A stretch of DNA of 55,874 nucleotides. Origin: an uncultured Christensenella sp. GTDB taxonomy: Bacteria > Bacillota > Clostridia > Christensenellales > DTU072. Below, one piece after another: positions 28,073 through 37,193 of the stretch. The notes beneath the pieces are model-generated. The model was not told the DNA's origin, searched no databases, and saw nothing but the letters and a program-made list of their open reading frames with translations. The position numbers and the translations under genes are program-made. The stretch lies in NCBI GenBank assembly GCA_964368435.1, contig CAYJBS010000003.1:1-55874 (forward strand). Direction: 5' to 3'. How positions within the stretch are numbered: the stretch's first letter is position 1; every line of letters starts with the position of its first letter.

Positions 28073-31000
28073 ATGAAAAAAGCATATAAGATATCTTTAA
28101 TAACTGCATTTGCGGTATTGTTACTTTTGCTTGTATTTTTGTCTTGCCAAGGCTACAACTATCCTCAAACACCGTCCGAAATAGTCGGAAAGAACACTTT
28201 CACACAAACTATGGTGGAGGCAGACGGCAATGAAGCAAATTTCTTTGCCAGCGGCGACGAGAAATTCAACTATCTTCATGACAAAGATGGTTACATTTTG
28301 TTGCGTGACAACGGCTATTTGGTCTATGCCCGAAACGACGAAGGCAGACCGCAACCGACAAAAGTCCGTTATGCCGCAGGCGCCGAAAGAATCAACTCTT
28401 TGCAAAAAATGGTGTACTCCGACATAAACTTCTCTGCCAATCCCGACTTGATTGCCCAGTATCCGCAGAGCGCTTCGGCGCCTTTGCTGTCACAAAGCAG
28501 TCCTTTCGAAGTGCGCCCGATAGTCAATATAGTCATTTATGTATGCTTTGCCGGAGAAAACGTCAGTTTGGACCGTCAGCAAATAGACAGCTTTTTGAGC
28601 GGACCGACAAATTCGCTTACTGATTATTATCAGCGCCTGTCGAACGGCAAAATAATGGTACATAACATAAACCCGTTGAACGGTGAGCAGATATACATCT
28701 ACAAAGATTCACAACCGCGCAGCTATTATCAGCTCAAGAGAGGTTCTGCCAGCAGAGCGGCAAGAGAGAGAACACTTCTCAACAATGCCGTCACAGCCAG
28801 CAGACAGTATTTTCAACTTCAAGGACTTGACATAGATTCCGACGATGACGGCTTCGTAGACGCCGTAAATTTCTTGATTGCAGGATCGCCATACAGTGAG
28901 TGGGGCGGCATGCTTTGGCCCCATTCGTGGGATCTCGACGACATCTCAAGCGGCAATTCAGCGACAATTTCGGGCTTGAAAGTCAAGAAATACTCTTTCA
29001 ATTTCCTCGGACAGCTTACCGTAGGGCTACTGGCTCACGAATTTGCGCATGTGCTGGGCGTACCCGACTTGTATCACTATGACGACGCCCATGTTGCCGT
29101 AGGCAACTGGGATCTTATGCACTTTGAGGCGGATAATCCACAATATATGACAACGCATTTGCGTTATAAATATTTGAAAGCAGTCGAAGAGGAACAGATA
29201 GGGATTATTGATTATAATGGCATCTATTCGCTAAAACCGACAACGCTTACTTCTCGCGGAGAGCTTGCGGCATACCGCATAAATTCCTCAAGACCAAACG
29301 AGTATTTTATGGTAGAATACCGCAACAACAATGTTACGGGTTATGACTCTTCTCTGCCTGGCTCGGGGCTCATCGTATACAGAATAAAACAAAATGTCAC
29401 AGGAAACTCACTTGCCAAAAAGAATGACAAGAACAATCCTGACGAATTATACATATTCCGTCCGAGAGTAGTCACCACGGGTACCGAGGCGAACAATTCT
29501 TTGGCAAACCTCAACAAAGCCTTTTTGTCGCCCAGCAACGCTGTTTTTTCTTCGCTTGGTGCCAGCCTTCAACAAAAACCTGCCTCAAGCTATGACCCCA
29601 CGACGATATACTTTACCGACGGCTTGAACAGCGGCATTGTCATCAATTCGCTTTCCATAAATGACGGCGAAATAGTTTTTGAGGTTCGACTGTCCGGAGG
29701 CAACAGCGTTGACGACGATTATTTTGTCAACAAGATTTCTCTGAAGAACGCAGGTCTGATCAACAACAGCCAATTCAGCGGCGTGTATGCCGATATGACG
29801 GTGGCGGACGGCATGGCTTTGAGCAACATGAACAGCATTGTTGCAGTCCTGAAGACCTCCGACAACAGAAAGACCGCCGAAATAAGGCTTGACAGAGCCA
29901 AGTTCATACTATCCTACGACCAAGAGCTTCGCAATTTTGCGGTGCGATTCATCATAAACGACAAGGGCAACCACAATCTTTCCACGGTATTTTATGACAA
30001 TGACTGGAAGAACTATGACGAACCGTCAAATATCGAACTTTATGTCGTAGACAGCGACAACGATATGATCAAGCTTGCATCATATTCAATAAGTCAACAA
30101 AACGCATCATGGCAATCCATACAGATGACCAATACCGTATTCAAACCATCGGTATCGGCATCTTTAAGAATGACTATAGGTATCCGAAATGACGGAAAAG
30201 CTTTTGCTTCATCAATTGATGACCTTCCGGAAGAAATAGATGATGTCATTGCTGCATCTGCCGGAGCGTATCATATGCTTATTCTCAAGAGCGATTTGAA
30301 GGTTACGCATTTTGGCAGTCTGAATCAGAACGAAAACAATGTAGGTTCCTGGGCAAACATCATAAAAGTAGCGGCAGGAGAGTATACCTCGTACGGACTT
30401 GATTTGATGGGCAGAGTATTTTATGCCGGCTCAGGAGCTGCCGCAGGAGTGGCGGCTTGGACGGACATAATTGATATATCAGCCGGAAACAGACATGTTG
30501 CCGGCGTCAAATCAAACGGCAGAGTAGAGGCTTTGGGAACAGGCACCGATGCGCTTGCCGTGGGAACTTGGGAAAACATAACAGCAGTGGCTTGCGGCAA
30601 CGATTTTACTGTCGGCTTGACAAAGAGCGGCACAGTTATTGTCACCGGCAATTTGGCAAACAAGACGCAAGCGACAAATTTACGCAACATAACAAAGATT
30701 GCCGCCGGCGATCAGCACATGCTGGCACTGGACCAAAAAGGCAGAGTCTTCGCCATTGGACAGGACTTGGAAGGCAACTGTGACGTGTCGGGATACTATG
30801 ACATTATCGATATCGCCGCAGGCAACTACCAATCGGTAATGCTGCGAGAGGACGGCAAGATTTTTTATGCCGGCGTCAACACCAATAGCACCAATGACAT
30901 TTCGCAAAATTTGATATATTTCAACAATGATTACGTAGACGTAACTTCATTGCTCTCACCTTTTGAAGGAAAAATAATGAAGACAGGTGAAAGCTATTTT

Positions 31001-34000
31001 CTCAATGTTGCAGCATTGCCGCAGAATGCCACCTACAAAAAAATAACCTACAAATCCAGCGATACTGCTGTAGCGGAGGTTACAGAGGATGGCGTTGTTA
31101 CGGCAAAGGGTGAGGGAGTCACCGTTATTGACGCTACACACAGAGGCTCTTCTCTGAACGAAAAAATCACCATAACAGTTGTGGCGCCTTATCAATCGGA
31201 ATCTATGATAGCCGCAGGCGACAGCCATAGCGTCATTCTTGGCAACAACGGCACTGTGACGGCGGCGGGCGCCAACAGCAAGGGACAGTTGAATGTCAAT
31301 ATGTGGGGCAACATAAAATTCGTTGCAGCCGGAGGAGACACTACCGTAGGAATTACTCCCGACGGCGGCATTCGGGTAGCAGGAGAATTGCAGGGAATAG
31401 GCGCCGAGGACTGGACGAGTATCAAGTATGTTTCCGTCAGCAAGCGCACCATTGTGGGCATAAACTCAGACGGTGTAGTATTCGCCGTGGGAGACGACAA
31501 TTATCATCAAGTTTCATCGGTTGAAGGCATATCCGGAGCAAAAAAGGTTACCGCAAGCCCGACGCATACCGTAATAACGTATGAATCGAACGTATTTGAG
31601 GCATACGGCAACAACAACAAAGGACAACTGGGCGTAAAGTATTGGAGAAATATTCTTCAAGTAGTGGCGTGTGAAGGCTTTACTCTCGGTCTTTCAGAAG
31701 AGGGCTATTTGCTTTATGCAGGGTACTCTCCGTATATAGAAAATATGTCCGTTGTTTCGCAATGGTATGACATAGTAGCCATTGACGCAAGCGCCGACCA
31801 TATCGTGGCTGTTGACAACAACGGCAAGGTATATGCGGCAGGCAACAATTCTTACGCGCAATCAACGGTAGGCAGTATGACGCAGGTCGGCAGAATTGCC
31901 GCAGGCGGCGAACATACCGTTGGCATAAATTTTGACGGCACTATCTCCGCCGCAGGACGCAACAATGACAGCAGGCTGGTACTGCCGGCGGTCAACGAAC
32001 TGCCGAGAGTAAATCTGGAGTCGGTCAACTTCAGTGACATAACTTTCGGAGTCAGGGTAGGACAAACAAAGAGAAGCAACCTTGTCTTCCGTCCATACAA
32101 CGCAACCGACAGAAAATCCGAGAATATTTCATATTCTTCCAATTTAAGCAACATTGCCACAGTCGACAGTCAGGGCAACGTAACGGGTATTGCCGTGGGC
32201 GAAGCCACCATCACCGCCAGAATCACGAAGAACGGCGGAGGACAAAATACGGTCAGCATGACGGTATATGTTTATGATACCGTGCAATCCATAAATTTTC
32301 TTTCTCCTCCGACAAAAAACATTTACGGCTACAAAGACAAGCTGGATTTGCTTGGAGGCAAAATAAACATTGATCTCGGCGGCAACAAGAGCTTTATCAC
32401 GACATTGACTCCCGAAATGGTAGTAGGTTTTGATACTGCCACTTCCACACTGGGCGACAGAGTAATAACCGTGCGCGAATATAACGCATCAACAACATTC
32501 CCAATAAAAGTCGTCGACACCGTAAAGAATATCAACATAAGCAATATGGCGAACATGAAGACGGTATACGACTATGGCGATGCCATAGACCTTTCCGGCG
32601 GTTGGATCGGCATAACGAGAGGTTACGGAAACGTTCAGATCGAGGAGAGGATGGATAACCTTCTTCTTAACGGCTCACTGGAAGTTTTTGCCGACACAAA
32701 CATTCTTGCGACGACGACGGTGACCTTGAAATATACCGACAAAATAGCCGCAGAATCGGGCATCTCGAATATTTTCTATTTGTCCTATCAGATTACTGTA
32801 TTTGACAAGGTCATAGGATTGACAGCAGAACTTGACAAAACAATCTTCAAATACGGCGAAGAGATTTTTGGCAACGGCAGACTTATTGTCAATATGAAGT
32901 CGGGCATAGATATTTATGAGGACATACAGAGCAAAGAAGAAATTGAGGAAGGTGTCGATTCTGTCATAACTATCGGCAACTACGACAAAAATATGCTTGG
33001 AGCGCAAATAATAAAAATAAATTATTTCAATCCTGATTTTGACATTCCTTTTGCTTATTTCCCGACACTCAATATCGAGGTGCAGGACTCCATTTCCGAA
33101 GTTGAGATCACCTCAATGATGCTTGACGATGCGGCGGTGTATGATAGGACGAAATCTATCGACAGCTCGATTACCGTACGTGTCAGCTTTTCGGGCGGCG
33201 CCATAATCGATGTCGGCTATGACGGCGCGCAGCAAATGTTTGCCAACATCATTCTTGCATTTGGAGAAGTCAGTGTCGGCGATCAGGAAGGTTTCGCAAA
33301 AGTAAGCATGGAAATCAAGGTACTGGAGCGGCTGAACAACAACATACAACACAACCGCAAGTATTATGACAATGATTTGAAAGTGCTTGGGCTGGGCAGC
33401 ATTTCTTCGCTAAAATTTGTTGGCGGCTCCCAATTTGATTATGGACAAAGCACAGACCTTATGTTGGAAATAACCACCGACAACGCGGCATTGTATCGAA
33501 TAAAAATTGATGATGCCAGATTGGGACTGGACAACAAATTGTTGACTCCGCAGACTGTCAGTTTCACATTGTTGGGAGAGACTGCCACAACAACCGTTAC
33601 TTTCAAGGATTATGTGACGGGCATATATACGCAATACTTGAATATAAGCGCCATTTACGGTCAAGCGTTGCAGCTTACCGTCTATAAAACCATGGCAAGC
33701 GGCGCAGAACTGGAGATTACAGACGGTTGGGACTCCAACTATATTGCGACGAAAGAGGGTATGCAGCAGGTCACCATAACTTATTTGAACAGTTATACTT
33801 ATACCATAAATGTTACGGTGTTGAACGCTATTGCTTCCGTCAGCGTAATCAGCTCGCCGCGTACCACTTACCAAATACACGAAGACTTGGATTTGTCCGA
33901 TTTCAGCATTCGTTTGACCTTTCAAAAAGGCGACAACGAAACGGTACCCTATGCTCTCGACAAATTCTCGGTGACTGGTTTTGACAAAAACCTTATCGGC

Positions 34001-34996
34001 ATTCAGATAGTAACCATTACTTTTGATTTGACAGGCGACTATTGGGAATATGCTTTCGAAGTAAGAAACCGCATCAAGCGTATTGAAGTAGACAGAGAAC
34101 TTTCAAAAACGCTTTATACGGTAGGCGAAGATCTGGACATTACTTTGATATGTGTCTACGAAAACGGCGACAGATCAGAGATATTCGACGAGTTCGTCAA
34201 CAACTTTGACAAAAGCTTGATAGGGCAACAACAGGTAGTCAATGTCATATATTGGGGAACCTATAGTACGGCTCTCATCGTCGAAATAATAGACGCCCCA
34301 AGAGAAATAACCATAAAAGCTCCGACAAAGAAGTATTATGAATACGGCGAGCCGCTGGACCTTGACGGGGGTGTGTTGACTATTATCACACAGACCGGAA
34401 AGCGCAAAGCAGAGTCATTGATTGCATACAGAAATTATATCTCCACCTTCAATCCGACTCCGCTTTCAAAGGGTGGGCAACAGCTTACACTGACAATACC
34501 GCAATATGAGGTGTCTGCCGGTTTCATAGTCTACGTAAAAGACAAGGCAACAAGCATTATGCTTCAACCCAAAGAAAATGTCACAGGCATAAAAATAGAC
34601 CGCAACAATACAAGAGTGCTGCTTGACGAAAGCACAACGCTTGCCACCTTCAACAATATGATTTCAAGCTATGCTACCATAAGCTATAAGTCGGGCGACA
34701 GCTATTTGGACTTGAATGCGCACCAAAACGACTTGATTTCTTCGGGAGTAAAGGTAGAAATCAGAAATTCCGAAGGCGCATTGTTGGAGACTTTCAGCAT
34801 CAATGTGAAAGGCGATGCAAACGGCGACGGTTTATTTGACGACAAGGATTTGCCTATGCTGGGACAGACGCTGCTTCTCGGCACAGAAAGCGCGCTATTC
34901 TATGCCGATTATGATTCCGACAGGGAATACACGCTGACCGATTTTGTCAACTGGGTAAAAAGAGCTGAAGAAAATCAAAGGGGTAACGCAGAATGA
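28073..34996 (+). CDS. Giant multidomain lipoprotein (2,307 aa) with M6/InhA-like zinc metallopeptidase, RCC1-like propellers, Big_2 modules, an Ig-like module array and a C-terminal dockerin
   Basis: The ATG lies 5 nt after GGAGG. The signal peptide MKKAYKISLITAFAVLLLLLVFLSC has Cys25 in a lipobox-compatible context. Domain motifs are listed in the sub-features. Two Big_2-like modules lie at ~30965-31185 (TAVAEVTEDGVVTAKGEGVTVIDAT) and ~32040-32280 (IATVDSQGNVTGIAVGEATITARI). Confidence 0.92.
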   Translation: MKKAYKISLITAFAVLLLLLVFLSCQGYNYPQTPSEIVGKNTFTQTMVEADGNEANFFASGDEKFNYLHDKDGYILLRDNGYLVYARNDEGRPQPTKVRYAAGAERINSLQKMVYSDINFSANPDLIAQYPQSASAPLLSQSSPFEVRPIVNIVIYVCFAGENVSLDRQQIDSFLSGPTNSLTDYYQRLSNGKIMVHNINPLNGEQIYIYKDSQPRSYYQLKRGSASRAARERTLLNNAVTASRQYFQLQGLDIDSDDDGFVDAVNFLIAGSPYSEWGGMLWPHSWDLDDISSGNSATISGLKVKKYSFNFLGQLTVGLLAHEFAHVLGVPDLYHYDDAHVAVGNWDLMHFEADNPQYMTTHLRYKYLKAVEEEQIGIIDYNGIYSLKPTTLTSRGELAAYRINSSRPNEYFMVEYRNNNVTGYDSSLPGSGLIVYRIKQNVTGNSLAKKNDKNNPDELYIFRPRVVTTGTEANNSLANLNKAFLSPSNAVFSSLGASLQQKPASSYDPTTIYFTDGLNSGIVINSLSINDGEIVFEVRLSGGNSVDDDYFVNKISLKNAGLINNSQFSGVYADMTVADGMALSNMNSIVAVLKTSDNRKTAEIRLDRAKFILSYDQELRNFAVRFIINDKGNHNLSTVFYDNDWKNYDEPSNIELYVVDSDNDMIKLASYSISQQNASWQSIQMTNTVFKPSVSASLRMTIGIRNDGKAFASSIDDLPEEIDDVIAASAGAYHMLILKSDLKVTHFGSLNQNENNVGSWANIIKVAAGEYTSYGLDLMGRVFYAGSGAAAGVAAWTDIIDISAGNRHVAGVKSNGRVEALGTGTDALAVGTWENITAVACGNDFTVGLTKSGTVIVTGNLANKTQATNLRNITKIAAGDQHMLALDQKGRVFAIGQDLEGNCDVSGYYDIIDIAAGNYQSVMLREDGKIFYAGVNTNSTNDISQNLIYFNNDYVDVTSLLSPFEGKIMKTGESYFLNVAALPQNATYKKITYKSSDTAVAEVTEDGVVTAKGEGVTVIDATHRGSSLNEKITITVVAPYQSESMIAAGDSHSVILGNNGTVTAAGANSKGQLNVNMWGNIKFVAAGGDTTVGITPDGGIRVAGELQGIGAEDWTSIKYVSVSKRTIVGINSDGVVFAVGDDNYHQVSSVEGISGAKKVTASPTHTVITYESNVFEAYGNNNKGQLGVKYWRNILQVVACEGFTLGLSEEGYLLYAGYSPYIENMSVVSQWYDIVAIDASADHIVAVDNNGKVYAAGNNSYAQSTVGSMTQVGRIAAGGEHTVGINFDGTISAAGRNNDSRLVLPAVNELPRVNLESVNFSDITFGVRVGQTKRSNLVFRPYNATDRKSENISYSSNLSNIATVDSQGNVTGIAVGEATITARITKNGGGQNTVSMTVYVYDTVQSINFLSPPTKNIYGYKDKLDLLGGKINIDLGGNKSFITTLTPEMVVGFDTATSTLGDRVITVREYNASTTFPIKVVDTVKNINISNMANMKTVYDYGDAIDLSGGWIGITRGYGNVQIEERMDNLLLNGSLEVFADTNILATTTVTLKYTDKIAAESGISNIFYLSYQITVFDKVIGLTAELDKTIFKYGEEIFGNGRLIVNMKSGIDIYEDIQSKEEIEEGVDSVITIGNYDKNMLGAQIIKINYFNPDFDIPFAYFPTLNIEVQDSISEVEITSMMLDDAAVYDRTKSIDSSITVRVSFSGGAIIDVGYDGAQQMFANIILAFGEVSVGDQEGFAKVSMEIKVLERLNNNIQHNRKYYDNDLKVLGLGSISSLKFVGGSQFDYGQSTDLMLEITTDNAALYRIKIDDARLGLDNKLLTPQTVSFTLLGETATTTVTFKDYVTGIYTQYLNISAIYGQALQLTVYKTMASGAELEITDGWDSNYIATKEGMQQVTITYLNSYTYTINVTVLNAIASVSVISSPRTTYQIHEDLDLSDFSIRLTFQKGDNETVPYALDKFSVTGFDKNLIGIQIVTITFDLTGDYWEYAFEVRNRIKRIEVDRELSKTLYTVGEDLDITLICVYENGDRSEIFDEFVNNFDKSLIGQQQVVNVIYWGTYSTALIVEIIDAPREITIKAPTKKYYEYGEPLDLDGGVLTIITQTGKRKAESLIAYRNYISTFNPTPLSKGGQQLTLTIPQYEVSAGFIVYVKDKATSIMLQPKENVTGIKIDRNNTRVLLDESTTLATFNNMISSYATISYKSGDSYLDLNAHQNDLISSGVKVEIRNSEGALLETFSINVKGDANGDGLFDDKDLPMLGQTLLLGTESALFYADYDSDREYTLTDFVNWVKRAEENQRGNAE
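28260..29520 (+). other. M6 (immune inhibitor A-like) metallopeptidase catalytic region; HEXXH at 29036-29050
   Basis: LLAHEFAHVLGVPDLYHYDD matches the M6 signature HEF-x-H-x-LG-[LV]-PD-x-Y. Upstream, FNYLHDKDGYILLRDNGYLVYA resembles the N-terminal part of the M6 domain. Confidence 0.8.
30240..30890 (+). repeat. RCC1-like beta-propeller block 1 (six blades visible)
   Basis: The blades are SAGAYHMLILKSDLKV, AAGEYTSYGLDLMGRVFYAG, SAGNRHVAGVKSNGRVEALG, ACGNDFTVGLTKSGTVIVTG, AAGDQHMLALDQKGRVFAIG and AAGNYQSVMLREDGKIFYAG. Confidence 0.75.
31200..31990 (+). repeat. RCC1-like beta-propeller block 2 (seven blades)
   Basis: The blades are AAGDSHSVILGNNGTVTAAGANSKGQL, AAGGDTTVGITPDGGIRVAG, KRTIVGINSDGVVFAVGDDNYHQ, THTVITYESNVFEAYGNNNKGQLG, CEGFTLGLSEEGYLLYAG, SADHIVAVDNNGKVYAAGNNSYAQ and AAGGEHTVGINFDGTISAAGRNNDSRL. 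Confidence 0.8.
32281..34545 (+). repeat. Array of about nine ~75-90-aa Ig-like modules (Big_3-like pattern Y.YG..LDL.GG.i)
   Basis: The pattern recurs as IYGYKDKLDLLGGKINI, VYDYGDAIDLSGGWIGI, IFKYGEEIFGNGRLIV, QFDYGQSTDLMLEI, TYQIHEDLDLSDFSIRL, LYTVGEDLDITLICV and YYEYGEPLDLDGGVLTI. Each is followed by ...G.q.v.i.y... and a v.V ending. Confidence 0.65.
34811..34960 (+). other. Dockerin module (two EF-hand-like Ca2+ loops)
   Basis: In GDANGDGLFDDKDLPMLGQTLL ... YADYDSDREYTLTDFVNWVK, both 12-residue loops (DANGDGLFDDKD and DYDSDREYTLTD) carry D/N at positions 1, 3, 5 and 12. This matches type I dockerin duplicated segments. Confidence 0.8.
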
Positions 34997-35724
34997 AAAA
35001 AGTCGCACTAATAATACTATTGATTATACTTGCAATGGTTGCGCTTTCGGGCTGCAAAAACAAGGAAATAAGAGCCGACGAAATAAAATTTATCGAAATT
35101 CGCGACGGTTCTTTCAAGACCACTTACGCCATTGACGAACAAATAGATTTTCGTAATGTATACATAGTCATCACCCTGAAGGACAACAAGGGCGAAGTCG
35201 TAGAGCATGTGACGCCCGAAATGCTCGAGGGTTTCGACACCTTCACAACGACTGCATCTATGGAAATGCGCACCATGCGTGTAAAATACAAAGGGATGTA
35301 CACCTCGAACTGGAACTATACCGTGGCAAGCCCCTATGCCATAAACACAAAGGCGAGACTGAGACTTTCGAGCGAAAAGGTTGACAACAAATACAAACTA
35401 AGCCTCAGTGTCGAATTGGACGAGATTCCCCAAATAAACGCGCTCCAAATGCAGGTGAGCTTCAATGACACAAGGCTTGTCTACAACAACGAGACCGAGG
35501 GAGGCTTGACGGGTTGGCAGAGCAATAAGGTATCGACAAAGAGTGGAGCCTTCGATATGCTCTATTACGCCGCGCCGGGTACTCAGCCGCTGAAAGAAGA
35601 CAGCAAGTTGACTACACTGGTCTTTGATATTTTGTCGGACGGTGACTTCAATTTGCAAATAACAAATATACATGTCAGCTTCGGTGAAGGCGATATTTAT
35701 CTTCCCGATGCCACGCTGAAATAA
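34993..35724 (+). CDS. Small lipoprotein with one Ig-like module and a cohesin-like C-terminal domain
   Basis: The ATG at 34993 overlaps the TGA of the upstream gene (ATGA), and AAAGGGG lies 9 nt upstream. The signal peptide MKKVALIILLIILAMVALSGC has a canonical LSGC lipobox. The module VTPEMLEGFDTFTTTASMEMRTMRVKY is paralogous to LTPEMVVGFDTATSTLGDRVITVREY in the upstream gene. Confidence 0.9.
   Translation: MKKVALIILLIILAMVALSGCKNKEIRADEIKFIEIRDGSFKTTYAIDEQIDFRNVYIVITLKDNKGEVVEHVTPEMLEGFDTFTTTASMEMRTMRVKYKGMYTSNWNYTVASPYAINTKARLRLSSEKVDNKYKLSLSVELDEIPQINALQMQVSFNDTRLVYNNETEGGLTGWQSNKVSTKSGAFDMLYYAAPGTQPLKEDSKLTTLVFDILSDGDFNLQITNIHVSFGEGDIYLPDATLK
35335..35721 (+). other. Cohesin-like domain
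   Basis: INALQMQVSFNDTRLVYNNETEGGL ... GAFDMLYYAAPGTQPLKEDSKLTTLVFDILSDGDFNLQITNIHVS follows the cohesin pattern (a.D/Q f.v.yD...l....v..G ... g.i.f.y......i..dg.la.i.F.v..). This is pattern recognition only. Confidence 0.55.
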
Positions 35725-35732
35725 GGAGCAAT

Positions 35733-37193
35733 ATGAAAATAATTCCCTATCCGCAAGAAATTGCAGAGAAACCAGGCTTTCTCAAAAAACCTTATGATGT
35801 CAAAGAGATTATCGATGCGAAAATGCAAAATGCAGAAGGCTACAAACTGGATATCGAAAGCGTCGGCATAGTCATCTCGGCAGCAACGGCTCAAGGCATA
35901 TTCTATGGCAGACAGACGCTTGCTCTTCTCGAAGAGGAATACGGCGATGCTCTTCCTTTTGTCAGTATAACGGACTTTCCGAAATATTCGTACAGAGGTT
36001 ATATGCTCGATTGCTCCAGACATTTCTTCCCCATAACACTGATAAAAAAGCAAATAGACATCATGGCGGTGCTGAAACTCAACAAGTTTCATTGGCACCT
36101 GACAGACGATCAAGGGTGGAGAATACAAATTGACAAATATCCGCTGTTGACGGACATCGGCTCAAAAAGAGCGCAAACCTCAGGCGACGGCAAAGAAGTC
36201 GAGGGTTTTTATTCGAAAGAAGAAATCCGAGAAATAGTCGCTTATTGCGCCGAGAGGTTTATTGATGTTGTGCCCGAAATAGATATGCCGGGACATTTCA
36301 AGGCGGCGTTGGCGGCTTATCCGCAATATTCCTGCCGAGAAGAAGCCATGAAAGTAAGCGAGGGCTTCGGCATTTCGCCCGATATTCTTTGCGCCGGAAA
36401 GGAAGAGGCGTACGAATTTTGTTTCAATATCCTCGATGAGGTAGCCGAGCTTTTTCCGTACAAATATATTCATTTGGGCGGTGATGAGGCGCTCAAGCTG
36501 TATTGGCTGCAATGTCCCGATTGCCAAAGGAAGATGAAGGAAAACGGCTTGAGAGACGAAGAGCAGTTGCAGGGTTATTTTATGTCGAAAATGACAGAAC
36601 ACCTAAACAAAAAGGGAAAGACGGTCATAAACTGGAACGACGGCATGTTGGGCGGCAACCTTTCGGGAGACATGGCAGTGCAATACTGGAAGGAAACCAA
36701 GGCATGCAAAGAGGTAGCAAAAAAAGAAGGCGCAGAAGGTCGTCAAATCATCCTCAGCCCGTTTTTTAGTTTTTATCTCGACTATCCCCACGGTATGACA
36801 TCTTTGAAAAATACATATAATTATAAAATCGATGCAGAGATTGCTCCAAGCGTCATCGGCATGGAAGCGCCACTCTGGACGGAGCACGTTACGGACGAAC
36901 AAACAGTATGGCAAATGACATACCCACGCTTGGTCGCGCTGGCAGAGATAAGTTGGAGCGGCAAGCGAGATTATCAAAGTTTCTTGACAAGACTGGATAT
37001 TTTTTATAATATCTTAGATAGGCGAAAAATTTCTTACAGCAAAAATCCCGATCCGTTTTTTATTCCTGGCAAGCTGTCAATGTTGAAATTTTTAATAAAC
37101 GCCTTCAGAAAGGTCGAAAAGAGCAACACCGCCGCCATGAATAAAACAAAAAAACTCTTAAGACAAAAATATAAGAAAGACAAGGAGCTTTGA
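35733..37193 (+). CDS. GH20 beta-N-acetylhexosaminidase (no signal peptide)
   Basis: AAGGAG lies 4 nt upstream. The GH20 hallmarks are present: YRGYMLDCSRHF, FHWHLTDDQGWRIQI, IDMPGH and the catalytic HLGGDE. Confidence 0.93.
   Translation: MKIIPYPQEIAEKPGFLKKPYDVKEIIDAKMQNAEGYKLDIESVGIVISAATAQGIFYGRQTLALLEEEYGDALPFVSITDFPKYSYRGYMLDCSRHFFPITLIKKQIDIMAVLKLNKFHWHLTDDQGWRIQIDKYPLLTDIGSKRAQTSGDGKEVEGFYSKEEIREIVAYCAERFIDVVPEIDMPGHFKAALAAYPQYSCREEAMKVSEGFGISPDILCAGKEEAYEFCFNILDEVAELFPYKYIHLGGDEALKLYWLQCPDCQRKMKENGLRDEEQLQGYFMSKMTEHLNKKGKTVINWNDGMLGGNLSGDMAVQYWKETKACKEVAKKEGAEGRQIILSPFFSFYLDYPHGMTSLKNTYNYKIDAEIAPSVIGMEAPLWTEHVTDEQTVWQMTYPRLVALAEISWSGKRDYQSFLTRLDIFYNILDRRKISYSKNPDPFFIPGKLSMLKFLINAFRKVEKSNTAAMNKTKKLLRQKYKKDKEL

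Noticed and set aside
35733-37193. The GH20 hexosaminidase could be a secreted partner of the surface protease, for example in mucin or glycan attack.
   Set aside because: The protein has no signal peptide, lipobox or dockerin, so it is probably cytoplasmic. Any link to the surface proteins rests only on operon context.
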